From NCBI GenBank assembly GCA_054600435.1, contig BAAIJX010000008.1:1-64000 (forward strand): a DNA stretch of 64,000 nucleotides. The letters are read 5' to 3'. The notes beneath the pieces were generated by a model. The model saw nothing but the letters and a program-made list of their open reading frames with translations, made no database searches and was not told where the DNA came from. This DNA is from Neophaeotheca triangularis (taxonomy: Eukaryota). The position numbers and the translations under genes are program-made. Shown here piece after piece: positions 48,905 through 61,111 of this stretch. The stretch's first letter is position 1. Each line of letters opens with the position of its first letter.

Positions 48905-51257
48905 ATCTGTTGTGTGGGGTCGAATCGACGAATGCAGCAAAATTCCAAGCGGCGGAGCTCAGCGATAAGGTAAACCAGTGACAGCAGCAGCAGCACACCA
49001 CGACGTGCTATGTAACGCACTGTCGTACGTTTCTTGTCGTTGGCGGCGGTGTAATGATAGCGTCGGTGCTGGATAGGTGGGAGAGGGAGAGAGAGGGAGA
49101 GGGAGAGAGAGAGATAAGACAGGTGATGATGATAGCAGCACAGAGCACAGCAGGCTTCTTCTTGCTCGTACATGCACACGCGCACGAGGGACAAGGCTGG
49201 TATTATGATTATGAGTATTATGAGTATTACGATCACCCCAAGCTGACAAAAAGAAACGACGCAGGGTGGGCAATGGCCTAGAATGAATTAGATATTATTG
49301 TCGAGGACAAGGCATGCAGGTGTTGAGCGAGCGCCAAAGGTTGAAGTCTTGCGTCGCAGCGCTTTGCACAAGTACCTTGGACACGATTGGGCCAGCATCT
49401 GGCACAGTATCCTCTTCTTCCCAAGCTCGCGCAACGCTACTCGGCGGGCCGGCAAGACAACAACAACAGGCCCTTGCAAGCGAGCGCCCACCAGGATTCG
49501 GGAATCAACCAAGATCCGCTCCACGCCGCCGTTGAGCTCCTTGAGGAGAGAGTTGGGGAGGCCGTGCGTGCGAATGGCGCCCGCCAAGCTGACAGGCCGT
49601 GGTGGATGCGCCGGCAAGCTGCGCAGTAGTAGTAGTAGTAGGACTACTAAGTACTACTCGATACCGCAAAGGTACATCCAATACTATAGTAGTTGACTAC
49701 TATAGGTACAGTGTATCAAGTACTACTATGTACCTACTACGATACATACTTCTCAGGCCTGGTACTTTCAGTAGTACCTCTGGCCTGTACCGGCCTAGAT
49801 GTGGACCAGTGGCTGCCCCTTCTTCGACCTCTCGTCAAGTAGTCGTCCTCCTGACTGTCGTACCTTGAGCTGAAAGCCACACCACTACACTCTATGCGCC
49901 GCTCCAAACATGTTACACTATGAAGACTCCCTTTCTTCTGCTTTTTCCTACTCTGCCGCTTGGAATCTCATGCTTGGCCCATGCCCGACCGTGCCCTACC
50001 TAACTCGACCACGACCGCAATCACGATGATGCTCAAGCTGGAACACGATTGTCAAGAAGTGGCATCATAGGCACACTGGACTTGATTTTTTCACTCCCCT
50101 CGGCGGGGCCAAGTTCTGTATGTCCACGACGCTTCCGCGCGCCTCGTCTCTTAATGTGCGCCACAAGGATCTCGCACTACTCTCGCGAAGCTTTTAAGGT
50201 TGACTCCAATTCCGGCAAGTGGGCTGCCGTAGACTCGACCGCCGAGTATCTACATACACTCTACCATCCATGGATATCTCAATCACACAAAATCTCCTTC
50301 TCATCAGACATCATGATTCATGAATCGGAAACAGACAGTGTCTGCCCGTTCGAGTGTACACTAGTGCGTGTACCGATTTATACTGCTGCCCCTTTCGACA
50401 AAATCTCATGAGCTATCCGTCCCACTCAGCGCTTTTTACCACGGCCCTGGGACAATAGCCCTGACATTGCTTCCTCAAAGGTATTTGATTGGTTCACCGT
50501 ATCCGCAGACTCGCAGAGTGGCACCACACCTCTGACTGTATGCGTGCCCTCCTCGAGTCCTCTATCTACCGGTCTCCACCCCAGGCCTCAAGCTCGCGAA
50601 AATTTCAAATTTTACGCTTCACCACGACGACTCACTGCAGACTTGCATGGCGCCAGCAATAATCGGTCAGAACCGGTGTCTAAAAGGCAGAGAGGCCTTG
50701 TAATCGAGCAATGCCCTTCTCAGTGACTGCTCTCTCAGTCGACAAACGCTCGTTACCTCCAGTCCCATCATCAATCGAGGTGTTAAGATGTGACGAACGA
50801 CCGCGGAACAATGGTGAAAGGAAATAGGCTTCACGCGGGGAAGGACGGTACCTTACTGGTATCCCCAGACCTCTAGATATCCGGACTATCCCGCTCGGGT
50901 GTCGCGACTTCCATCGCAAATGCGCAATGCTGACGAGCACGAGACGTTGCCACGACCGACTGTCCTATGTACTTGAGGAGGAAACAAACATCAATCGAAA
51001 ACAGACTTCTACCCCTTGCTCAGATTGCCGCATTTCCGAGCCGAAGAGACTGGCACACGGCATTATTGTTCTCTCACACCGACATTCCATTGGCGTTACC
51101 TAGGTATTAGTACTTGGACACCATTACTGCGTTCAGCATGTGTGTGGCGATTCAATACAAAAGGCGCTGTGCGAAAGGGAATGCTCGGGTGTAGAAATGC
51201 TTCGCTCGACTGAACATGAAAATCTACCAGATGAATTCATTGTTGTCCTCGAAAAGG

Positions 51258-51296
51258 TAATGATAATAATAATAATAATAATGATGATGATGATGA
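51258..51296. repeat. Compound (AAT)n/(GAT)n microsatellite
   Basis: Seen directly. Confidence 0.9.
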
Positions 51297-54200
51297 GCTT
51301 TTCACCTGAAGTAGGTACCTACCTTATGGTATTGGTCTCGACCTGAAGATGATCAGCCTGCATTTTGGTGGTACGGGAGTAAATGCTATAGTTGAATCTA
51401 TTTCCAACTTTGTCCATCTACCCCGCTTTGTGGCTGAGCCAAGCCGACCGTTTGCGGCCACCTGGGCAGTCAGCGTCTGTTACTTCTCCGAACAGTAACA
51501 CCCGACCGTCAACGACTGGACTGTTCGAACTGCTTCCATCATCACCTCATTCTCCACCTGAGTGCGACATGCCCATCTATTCCGGGCATCAGGTAAAGGG
51601 ATCAAGGATGCGAACAGCCCGAATGCGGATTTTGTCGGATCATCAAAATACCTATGAGAAATATTTCGACAGGAAAAATCCCGACCAATGGCAGCCAGCA
51701 GCCTGATCAACATGATTGGAGAGGTAGCGATATCACGCGACTTCTAGGCCTCCAAACTCAGCCCTCGAGAATGTATGCTTAACAAAGGTACCACGCTTGG
51801 CATTGTTTCTCCTACCATGAGAAGTCAGCAGACAGCCAGTCGGACCTCATTGAGACGAGCTTGGGCGTACCTCGTCTGCTCGCGACTTGTCTAACACAAA
51901 CACCTTGGACCTCCGGGCTATCACGAATACACCGCCACAGGACGAGAAAGTAGGTACTGTAAGGTCTCCAAGATGTCTCTATCGATGAGGTACTTGCAAG
52001 TAGCGTATGAGTGAGTACCTTGTGCACTGTCCACTACCGCCTCAGTGCCCGTCAAAAGCTCTGGACCCTTCAGTTTCACACCCTTCCCCATCCCATAGAC
52101 TTATCCGGACCCACGCACTACTACTACTCAATGCATCTGGGGTGCATGCCCAACGACAATCCCCTCGGGGGTCAGTCTCCACTCTTCACCTCATCGTCTG
52201 CTCAGGGCAGGTGGTGTTACTATTTGCCCTAACTAAGGTATTCAAAAAGTTGTCCCAGTGGAGATGCTCCGACATAGGCTACATTTCGACAAGTAGTAGG
52301 TACTTAGGCGCTGCAAGACGATTCGGTGAGCGACGGAAGAGGAGCATGGGCGTTTGTTCTCTACCGCTAGGGACTCGTCAACCCTAACGGGATACAGCCT
52401 CTACTATACCTTTTCTTTTGCGAATGTACGGTCGTTGGCGTATAGGATGCTTGGGTACCGCCTGCTTGTATGCGAGAGTTTCCATTGCTACGGAACGATT
52501 GCAGTTCAAACTCCAAAATCAGCCGTTTCATTAATGGGTTCGAGGTGGAGCTCATTATTATTCAGAGCAGTTGGTTGTTTGTACATCTATCCCAATGGCC
52601 ATTTTCGGACCGACTTCAGGTTGATACACTTTGCGACCGCCGACCAGACTGCAGGTGAGGGTTAGGCCGGGCGGGAGAGCGGGCGTGGCGCACCCCAATA
52701 GACCCCGGTCACGACGATCGAAAAGTCAACAAAATAACCTTATCATGAGACCCTGCTTTCAACAACAACAACAACATCAGACATGCATTGCATGGCCGCC
52801 CAAGGACGCGCACGACGATGCGGATGATCTCTTCAGCGTCGCAGCCAGACAGCAACAATTCGCAGCTGCATACCTACACACACTATGTAGTGCTGCAAGC
52901 CATGTGTTGCTGTCGTCACCCTGCCTGCAAACGCACCCCGGATTGTGCAAGTCGGTCTTGCAGCTTGACTTGGTGGCGTTGTGTTGAGCAGACCGTCTCA
53001 TGCATGCTTCGTGCCATGGGGAGGGACTCGAGGGAGCTTTGGGGGGATGAGTGGAGAACTGTTTGGGAAGCACTGTCGTTCGACCCAATCGATCAAGCCG
53101 AAGCCAATTCATTTTCGCGGGAGAACCCTGCAGCCTCTCGACCTTGGGCGTTCAACTACACACTCCTCGTCCCTCCACGCCGGAAAAGAGCATGCTTGGC
53201 CGCACGTCTCGACCTCACATTACCCACACTTTCACATGCTGAATGCGAGCTCTGCTGCTCTCCTCCGCTGATTCGGACCCGCGTGCACCAAAGCTGCCAT
53301 GCTGTCGTTCCATGTCGCCTGGAAGCACCACCATCATCTAGGCAAGCTGCACGACATTATCAAGTACCTACCTAGCTCCCTCCATACCAGGTGGGGGAAA
53401 GCTGTCAGACGCCGTCGACAGGATTGTTGCACTTCTAAGCGTACCATGGCCTGCTGTGGAAGTAATCTAGTACAACTGCTCCGCCAATTGGCCAGCATTA
53501 CCGTGATTGCAACACCTTCAACACCCAAACCCTAGCCTCCTGCCCCGCTCAACTGCCTCGACGGTCCATGGGGCGGGTCTTCGTGCCGTGCCCTCTGCTC
53601 AATGCTGTCCCAAAATCCCAGACATGCCAGAGACAACGGGCAGGCCATTCCTTCGACCTGGCAACAAGAAACGAGGCGGGAGCTCGCTAAGAAGTACCCA
53701 TTCCCTCGAGCGCACTCTCCCAAGGAGCTACAGCATACACACGATCACGGCGCTAAGTCCGATGACACGCTACTTGAATCAACTCGGATCCTACTACAGC
53801 TGCCACTGCCCTCCTCCCAAAGAGGGAGTATTAAGCGGAAACGCGCGCGAAAATTAGACCAAGCAGGTACGTGTCGTATCGTATCGTATCGTCTCGTCTC
53901 GTGCCGTGTCTTTCTCGGGTGTCGTCCTCTCTCTCCCATTTGTGAAGCCGGTCTATCGAGCAGAGCAGCAGCGCGTTGAGCGCCGTGGCGTTCGCGTTAA
54001 GTCTCAGGCGCCCTGTCGCTCTCATGGTGCCGCTGGCTTGGAGTCGCGAGCCCCGTTTCCTCCATACCGCGGCGGCCTCGCATCAATAAACACCAACAAC
54101 TGTGTTTTTGGTCCCGTGGCTTGAGAGGTCGAGGAGTCGGATGGCCGCGGACAGACGGAATGTCGAGAAAAACTGTGTGAGTGAGGATATCGAAAGCCCT

Positions 54201-54628
54201 TTTTGGGGTGGTGAACACCGAAGAAAACTTGCATTACGCGATGGTTATTGGCATGAAAGACGCGGAGTACCCGGGTGATGTTCGAGTTTGGACGAGCGCT
54301 TTTCTCGTTTGATGTTTTTGTGTTTTTCCACTAGCTTGCTGAGTAGGTACTATTATACCAGTTGCGGCTTGCACCAAGTGTGTCGGTTCCTCATTATCCG
54401 AGCTTATCCGGGAAGGAAGCACGGATGGTAATGGGGGTCTTTGTAACCCAGTGGCCGTTGTATTTTCATAACCAATCAGGTGAGTGTGACTCGACGTCTG
54501 AACAGCGGGTACAGCTTCGCACACAAGCATCTTCGATCGCAAAGACAGGCTAGAGGGATCAATGACATCTTCTTCGCACTTTATAACATTACATGCAATA
54601 TGGCGGGCGTCTCCTCACGCGCACGCCT

Positions 54629-56723
54629 TCACCGCACATCAATCTTGTTGATCTCGCCCTTGGCCTCTTCCCAACTCTCCAGACTCCGCTTCGACCACTC
54701 GATGTGTGCTCTTGCGAAATTGAGCTGTGGTGAGAAGAACATGTCAGCAGCCCACAAAGGACAAGTCCCAAAAAGAAAGCTTGGCGGGGGAGGGGGGGCA
54801 AAACTAACCATGTACTTCCGCAAATCCGCTTCCTTGTCCCCCTGAAACCGTCGCAAATCCCCCATGACGCCCGTACTCGCATCTCTGACGTCCTTCTCGC
54901 TGACTTCGAGCGCTTGCTCCAGCTGGCCAAGACTCTCCTTGGTCTTGCCCAGCTGGTCGCGTCTGGCTCTCTCGGGGTCCTGGTCGGTCACACCCTGGAT
55001 GGCGTGCGTGAGGCGGCCGAAGAGCTTCGACGTTACCCCCGTGCTCGCGCCGCGTTTGTGCTGCGATGGTGATGTCGGAGGGGAGGCGGGGCTGCTGTAA
55101 GTCTCCGAAGCCGAACCCTGTTGCGCGGAAGGAGTCTGCTGAGAAGTGTTTTGGGGAAAGTCGGAATCGACCGAGGTATTGTCTTCTTCCCTGGGCTGGA
55201 ACGGTCTTTCACGGTTGCTGCCACTGCTCGCGCTGCGACGAGGCATGTTGTTCATGCCAGAGGAGGACATATACTGGTCGATGCGCTTCGCTTCCAACTC
55301 ACTGCGCTCGAGCTGATCGAGAGTCGTCTTCTTTTTCTCAAGCTCGTCACGCGTCATCTCTTCCTGGACTCGCTTAAGCACGCGGTATTTGAGGACTGAG
55401 CGAACTACGCCGGCGAATTGCGCGCTCTCGCGCATTGGTTCTGCGAATCCTGCGCTGAGCGATGTGGACATGTCGCGGGATTGTATGTAGGTGAAGTCGC
55501 AAGCTTGGCCGGTTTTCTCAATGGCGTGCGCTACGCTCGCAGATTGTTCGGAAAGCGAAAAGGCATTGTAGCGGCCACCAAGATCCATGAGGTCGTCTCC
55601 GAGACTGTGCAGGTGCCGCAACAGTCTTTGATTGACCTTCTCCATAGACCCTGTCAATAATGTTTCCAGCTCCTTGGTGCTGTTCTCGAAGCCGCTGAAA
55701 TATGGGTCAAGTTCACTTTCGGTAAGCTCTTGTGAAGTTGGTGGGAAGCGCGCGTATTGGATTTGAGGTGTCGTGTGCGAGGCTGCGGAAGGCATCGTGT
55801 TCTGAGCAGGGGGAGAAGTAGGAGTGCCAGACGATTCGACAGAGGCGGACGAAGATGAGCGGAGTTTCGCGCTTTGCGATGGAATTGGAAGCCATTGATG
55901 GCCAGGGGTGGGATTGGCGGGATCGAGTGGAGGTGCTTTGAGGCTGTTTTTGGGTACACTGGCAGCAGGATGCGAGTGAAGTACTCCGTCCTGTAAGCGT
56001 ATTAGCCGGTGCTCGAGGCCCGCTCACAACGCATATCGTACGTACCCAGCTTGAGTTCGGGTCTAGGAACCTCCAGAACACGCCGTCTTCGCGCACAGCC
56101 TTCATCCTACGGCATCGGTTCAAGAAGGTGGTCAACATGCGCTGCCGCAGCTCAATGATTCCAGCATCTTCCTTGGCCTTTGTAGGTTTGGCGGCGTAGT
56201 CGGAGAAGCTATGCTTTTCGGGTATGGGCGGGATGATGAGAGTGGGATGCAGCGACACCAAGGTAGCCCTTAAGCTGGCAAACTCAGAGTAGCGCCTCCT
56301 GACCTCAATCTCACCCGTTCGAATGGCATAGGCTATGTGGGATCCTCCTCCCTCGGTGTTCTTGCCTGCATGTACAATGTGGATGTCTTGGTCTGGGAAC
56401 TCGTAGAGCATCTGCTCTATGCGACTATCGTAGCCGCCCTTTTTCGGCTCAATCTTGGGCCCCCGTGCTCGGTCATCGTCTAGCTCCTCATCAGAGAGGT
56501 CGCTCGGTCGGGTTTGCGCGAAGGCTGGGCCTGTTTCGAGAGTCTCTTGGTCCGACGGTGGGGTTGCAGGGCGATCGAAGCCTTGTGCCTGTCATCAGTC
56601 TACGGGTTTCTCATTATCGCGAGCATCGCGCAACCTACGATCGCTGGGCGAGGGCACATCAGAGGCGTCGGAGTCGCGGCGATGAAAGGAGCCATATGGA
56701 TTGTTGTCCTCGTCGTCCCACAT
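54629..56723 (-). CDS. PX-BAR sorting nexin Snx41/Atg20-like
   Basis: MWDDEDNNPYGSF start; PX motifs VRRRYSEFASLR, PTLIIPPIPEKH; BAR helices; introns 56582-56638, ~55991-56046, 54725-54808. Confidence 0.9.
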
Positions 56724-57619
56724 GCTGAAGGTGGAGGCCTAGCTGAGGGGTTGCAGAGGGATGCCGGCGCGGTCGCACAGAAGAGGGAGCCTCGCTGCAG
56801 TTGGCGATGGACGAATGGGTGCTGAGAAGTTGATTGTACGCGGAATAAGTAGCTACAAAGGAAGTGTGTCGAATGAAGTGAGTAGGTTAGGTTGTCTGCA
56901 GGTGTCGTGGAGCTCGGCCTCACGTTCCAAGCAAGAGACGGGAGACGAGAGCTCACTCATGCACATTGACGTCCGCAGGACGCTTGGGTCGGGTCGGCAA
57001 GCCTGAGATGGACAATGGAAGCTTAGCCGACTACCCATCACTCACTCCAGCCGTAGCACGAGCTACCTAATTACTTGCACTAACTACCTACTACAACACC
57101 TCGTGCCTGTTACTACCTTATCGACACGTATAGACAATTCAGTAACGACACATTACAGAACAATAGACTATTATACACTTACGCCGTCACATGCCAAACA
57201 AAACAGCATAAAATCATTGACGGCCTTTTAGATACCGAAAGGAATCAAGGCCTAAGCAAACCAAGAAGGTGTGATAGACACCCTCCACCCCCAAAAGACA
57301 AGTACAACACAGTGCACTGTTCTCATTGTCCTTTCCAGACCATTCACCCAGAGTCTCTCTCGCTGCCTGCATCCCACTTACATCTGGTCACATGCACAGC
57401 TTGCTCCAAAGTGGATCACGACGCCTCAGTGACGTGACAGATATAGCACTCTTCTACCCCTTTTCTTTCCTAGCGATCGCACCATATTTTCCGAGCAGAC
57501 ATTATAATCACGCGGCTTACATTTCAGCACATTGTCTTCTTGCCAGTCGTCGATCGACATTACCAACGACTGGCCCCCCAATTCTCCCCCGAGCCTACAC
57601 CACGTCCACCACGTCCACC

Positions 57620-58216
57620 ATGGCCAACCCCAACCCCCCCTTCTTAGTCCAGTTCTTCGACCCCGACATCAAAGCCCAAGACCACTGCTCTCGCACCCTC
57701 GACGACATCCTCAGCTGGCCGGACAAAGACCTCGAGACCTCCCACGACTACATCCAATTCGTCTTCCCACTACCGGAGAGCTCCGACTTCAACAACCGGG
57801 CTCCCATCGTCACTCCCAAAGTCCGCCAAGCCTTCCTCTCCGACGAGCGCCTACAGAACAGAATGCGCCAAGTCTACGCCCGAATCCTGCGCTTCTACGG
57901 TCTCCAGCTCGAGCCGAGCGGCGAGATTTCAAAGGCTGCGAATTTCGCCACCGCGAGTAAGGCTTGGAGGAGACGTTTCGATCACAACCATCTTCGTATT
58001 ACGCGTATCATTCGCTCGCTGCGAGTTCTGGGACTGCAGAGGGAGGCTGAAGGTTTTTTTACTGCTTTAAGAGAGCATGGTGATGGGGCGGAGGTTGGGG
58101 AGAGGACCAAGGATTATTGGTTGCGAGCTGTGGAGCGTCCGCTTCATTTGCCGCCTGATGAGAACGATGCGGACGCTGAGGGGGTTGCTTGGTTGAGGGG
58201 GATAGAGAATAAGTGA
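57620..58216 (+). CDS. OGFr (opioid growth factor receptor conserved region) domain protein
   Basis: LETSHDYIQFVFPLPE.S.FN..AP, LRFYGL, HNHLRITRIIRSLRVLG motifs. Confidence 0.85.
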   Translation: MANPNPPFLVQFFDPDIKAQDHCSRTLDDILSWPDKDLETSHDYIQFVFPLPESSDFNNRAPIVTPKVRQAFLSDERLQNRMRQVYARILRFYGLQLEPSGEISKAANFATASKAWRRRFDHNHLRITRIIRSLRVLGLQREAEGFFTALREHGDGAEVGERTKDYWLRAVERPLHLPPDENDADAEGVAWLRGIENK

Positions 58217-58435
58217 TGGGAAGGGGGCTGAAAGATGAGGATGAGGCTGGTCGCTGGCTGCTGGTTCTTACCGTGCATCGCATGCAAGCCATCTCAGGCG
58301 CAAAGTTGCGAAGCTTTTGGAGCTGCAAGCTCCAGAGAAGTGACAACGAGCATGCCTTTGAGATTTGATCACGTCGTGTATCGTCTTGGCTTTGCAGTCT
58401 ATTGGTCCTATCTCGCCTACGTTCAAGTATTTTCA

Positions 58436-60160
58436 TCATTCATGTATCGTAGACTCATCTCCAGCCTGAGAGGCACGAGTGCCAGCCTCTGCCTTCTCGA
58501 CATCTGCTGTCGTCTCCTGTGCCACAGAATCTCCAACGACTGGCTCGGGTCCCGCTGCTACGTTGGCACCACCATCTTCCGGACAACCCTCCCTACACGC
58601 CCATCGGTCAACGAAACGCAGAACCTCGCGGCTCCAGAACTTGTTCATAAGCAACAGCCTGAAAGGTACCAAGGCGATGATAATAACCGGAAATGCAGGG
58701 CCCGCGACAGTACGGGTGACGATGAAAACCACGACCGTAATGACGATCTCAAAAGCAGTGTATGCGTGTATCGGCCAGTAGCTCTTGATGCCAGTTGGCA
58801 ATGGAGGCAGCTCCGAGGGAGGGGTCAGTAGCCACAAAGTCCGTTGCAGGATGGGGTTAACGCTGAGGCTTTGTTGGCCCATGAAGATGAAGAGCCCGGC
58901 GAGAACGCTCGTGGGTGTCAAGCCGAGAACTAATTGCAGTGGCGGGCAGATGAAGATGAGAATGGCGCCGGCGTGGAGGAAATGGCTCCATCTTTGCTCG
59001 TGGACACGTTGGACTGGCCGTGAAATGAGTCGTTCCACGCCGTCTCTGTCGAGGACGGCATCTTCTGTCTTTTCTCCTGGGACATCATGCATCAGACTCT
59101 CGGAATGCAAGGGCGCTTGAGGGAGGAGGCCGTTTGCTGGTGGTATTCCGAGAATGCCGCAAAGAGCAGTGGTGATTCCCAGTAAAGCAATGTCCCAGGT
59201 ATATCCGGTAGGCTTCTGCGTGCCATACCGCTTGATGGTGCAAATGATGCTGCTGATCTCGTGATCAAAAAAGAATAGCATGGTGATGATCGCTCCAGGT
59301 ATCAAGGCCGCGAAAACCCAGCCGACAGGCAGTTCCCAAAAGCGGACGTAAAAGTGCGTGCGGCCTGGTTTTGTTGGAACGAAGGCATCACTGCTCGTGT
59401 GTAGAGTGTCCTTGTTCAGGGATTCGAGCTCCCCAGCATAAGGGATGCCGATGAAAAAAATGATACTTATCGCCGCGGCGTACTCTCTTAGACCCATGCG
59501 TATGTACCTATGGAAGAGTGGTGCCCATGATTCCGCGTACGATAGGAAAAGGGCAACTATGAAGGTACCGATCGCCCCAATGATGGCATACAGAAAACCA
59601 GCTAGATCGAGTCTCTGGTGTGCTCTTTCCAGCTCCTGTACAGCCTTGTGAAAATAGATAATGGAATTGAGCAGGCTGAAAACCTCGCAGCTGAATTCCG
59701 TAACGTATAGCATGGTCCAGTCATGTGCGTTGAGCATAGCCAGGATCCAATGCATCCAGCCAGCATGTATCAGACTCCATGCCATAAAGGGCAGGAACGG
59801 GACCCCGAATGAGTCCTCGCATAGTGAGTAGATGTTTTCAGCGAGCACAGAAAAGGGACCAGTGACTCCAAGTATTGTCAGAGGCTGGTTTGATAGCAGT
59901 GAGAATGCGATACCGCAGATTCCTGTGCTGAGCACGACCTCGACGGTACCCCAATTTTGGCCGGTCAAGACATAGAGGTCGCTAGCGAAGGTGATGCCAG
60001 GCAGCAGGTTCGTGAAGAAAACATACACAGCGCTGGCAACAATCAACTGATTGAACGTCGACCAGTCGGAGACGTATCTGGCCCTGAGATTCTTGAGATC
60101 CTCCTTGAAGAGCCGGAAGGGTCGAAGGAGACCTTGAGGACCGAACTTTGATGCCATCAT
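58436..60160 (-). CDS. BOR1: Borate/HCO3- anion exchanger Bor1 (SLC4 family)
   Basis: YVSDW, FFTNLLPGITFA, QPLTILGVTGP, LFFFDHEISS, PPANGLLPQAPLHS, VHEQRWS. Confidence 0.9.
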   Translation of the reverse strand: MMASKFGPQGLLRPFRLFKEDLKNLRARYVSDWSTFNQLIVASAVYVFFTNLLPGITFASDLYVLTGQNWGTVEVVLSTGICGIAFSLLSNQPLTILGVTGPFSVLAENIYSLCEDSFGVPFLPFMAWSLIHAGWMHWILAMLNAHDWTMLYVTEFSCEVFSLLNSIIYFHKAVQELERAHQRLDLAGFLYAIIGAIGTFIVALFLSYAESWAPLFHRYIRMGLREYAAAISIIFFIGIPYAGELESLNKDTLHTSSDAFVPTKPGRTHFYVRFWELPVGWVFAALIPGAIITMLFFFDHEISSIICTIKRYGTQKPTGYTWDIALLGITTALCGILGIPPANGLLPQAPLHSESLMHDVPGEKTEDAVLDRDGVERLISRPVQRVHEQRWSHFLHAGAILIFICPPLQLVLGLTPTSVLAGLFIFMGQQSLSVNPILQRTLWLLTPPSELPPLPTGIKSYWPIHAYTAFEIVITVVVFIVTRTVAGPAFPVIIIALVPFRLLLMNKFWSREVLRFVDRWACREGCPEDGGANVAAGPEPVVGDSVAQETTADVEKAEAGTRASQAGDESTIHE

Positions 60161-61111
60161 GGAGTAGCGAAAGCAGGATCGATGCGACGAAAGTCGGCCT
60201 TTACGGTGCTGATGTTGGCGGACGCATGGCAGTGGGTACCCATTTTGTCGGGAGCCTGCTTAGGTGCTCATATTGCTGGGATTGGATGGTAACGGGAAGA
60301 CAATAGACCTAGCTTAGAAAGACGCTGTTCGGATCATGGCGCGGCAGGTGCCTTAAGGTTCGAATGGATCGGCTATCCTGCCGTTTGTGGCCAACAAACA
60401 CATCCTCATGCCATCTGCCTGATCACATGTGGAACTACGCCCACGTGGTTGTTGATCTTGCTTGGAGCAATGTGACGAAACGGAACGAAAGATCAGTGAA
60501 ACTTGCCCATTGTTGAGCCCAGCAGCGTTATTACCTGCGTATGTATGTAGACTTCGTGGCAGGCTTGCAGCTCTTGACGAGAGCAGGTCGGTCATTCTTG
60601 ACGTTTATAGTTAGTTCACCATTTGCGAGTTTTGGCAGAGCACTTGCAATCCCTTTTCTTCTTAACTCTAGAACGAGGAGACGTGCCGATGAGAAGCGCG
60701 ATTGGAAGTACGAAAATCTGCACGATCGTGATCTTCGAGTCCGCCATGCAGGTCTTCCTGCAATGGCGAGTGCTTGGTGCGGTTTCAATGATGCTATGTC
60801 CCATCAACTGATACCGGTTCCGCTTGCTGATATTCCTGTCCTCACGTCACTCGGGCCTCCCCTCGCTCGGAGCGATTCTCCATTCAAGACAAGTGCTTCT
60901 GTTGATTGGCAGTTGACTAGAGAGGGCGCACGTCTTCCACCTCTGCTGGACGATCGTGGAAACGCGAGGTTACGGACTCCTCTTCTTCCCACGCGTGCCT
61001 TTCCAAGGCCACTAGGGAGATGGCGAATCTGATAGTCGAGTTGGACGTTGCCATGCAATGGATGTGGACGGCGTGTCGGTCTGATAGAGTCTTGCGTTTG
61101 CGTTATCGTCC

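Noticed and set aside
48554..49273. Several 100-220 aa ORFs upstream of the Gac1-like gene
   Set aside because: Translations of microsatellite and low-complexity sequence
52788..53979. ORFs of 116-195 aa in the large gap
   Set aside because: No recognisable domain or consistent exon structure; cannot be supported without transcripts
60541..61032. 163-aa plus-strand ORF between BOR1 and PRP38
   Set aside because: No motif; lies where the PRP38 3' UTR and BOR1 promoter are expected
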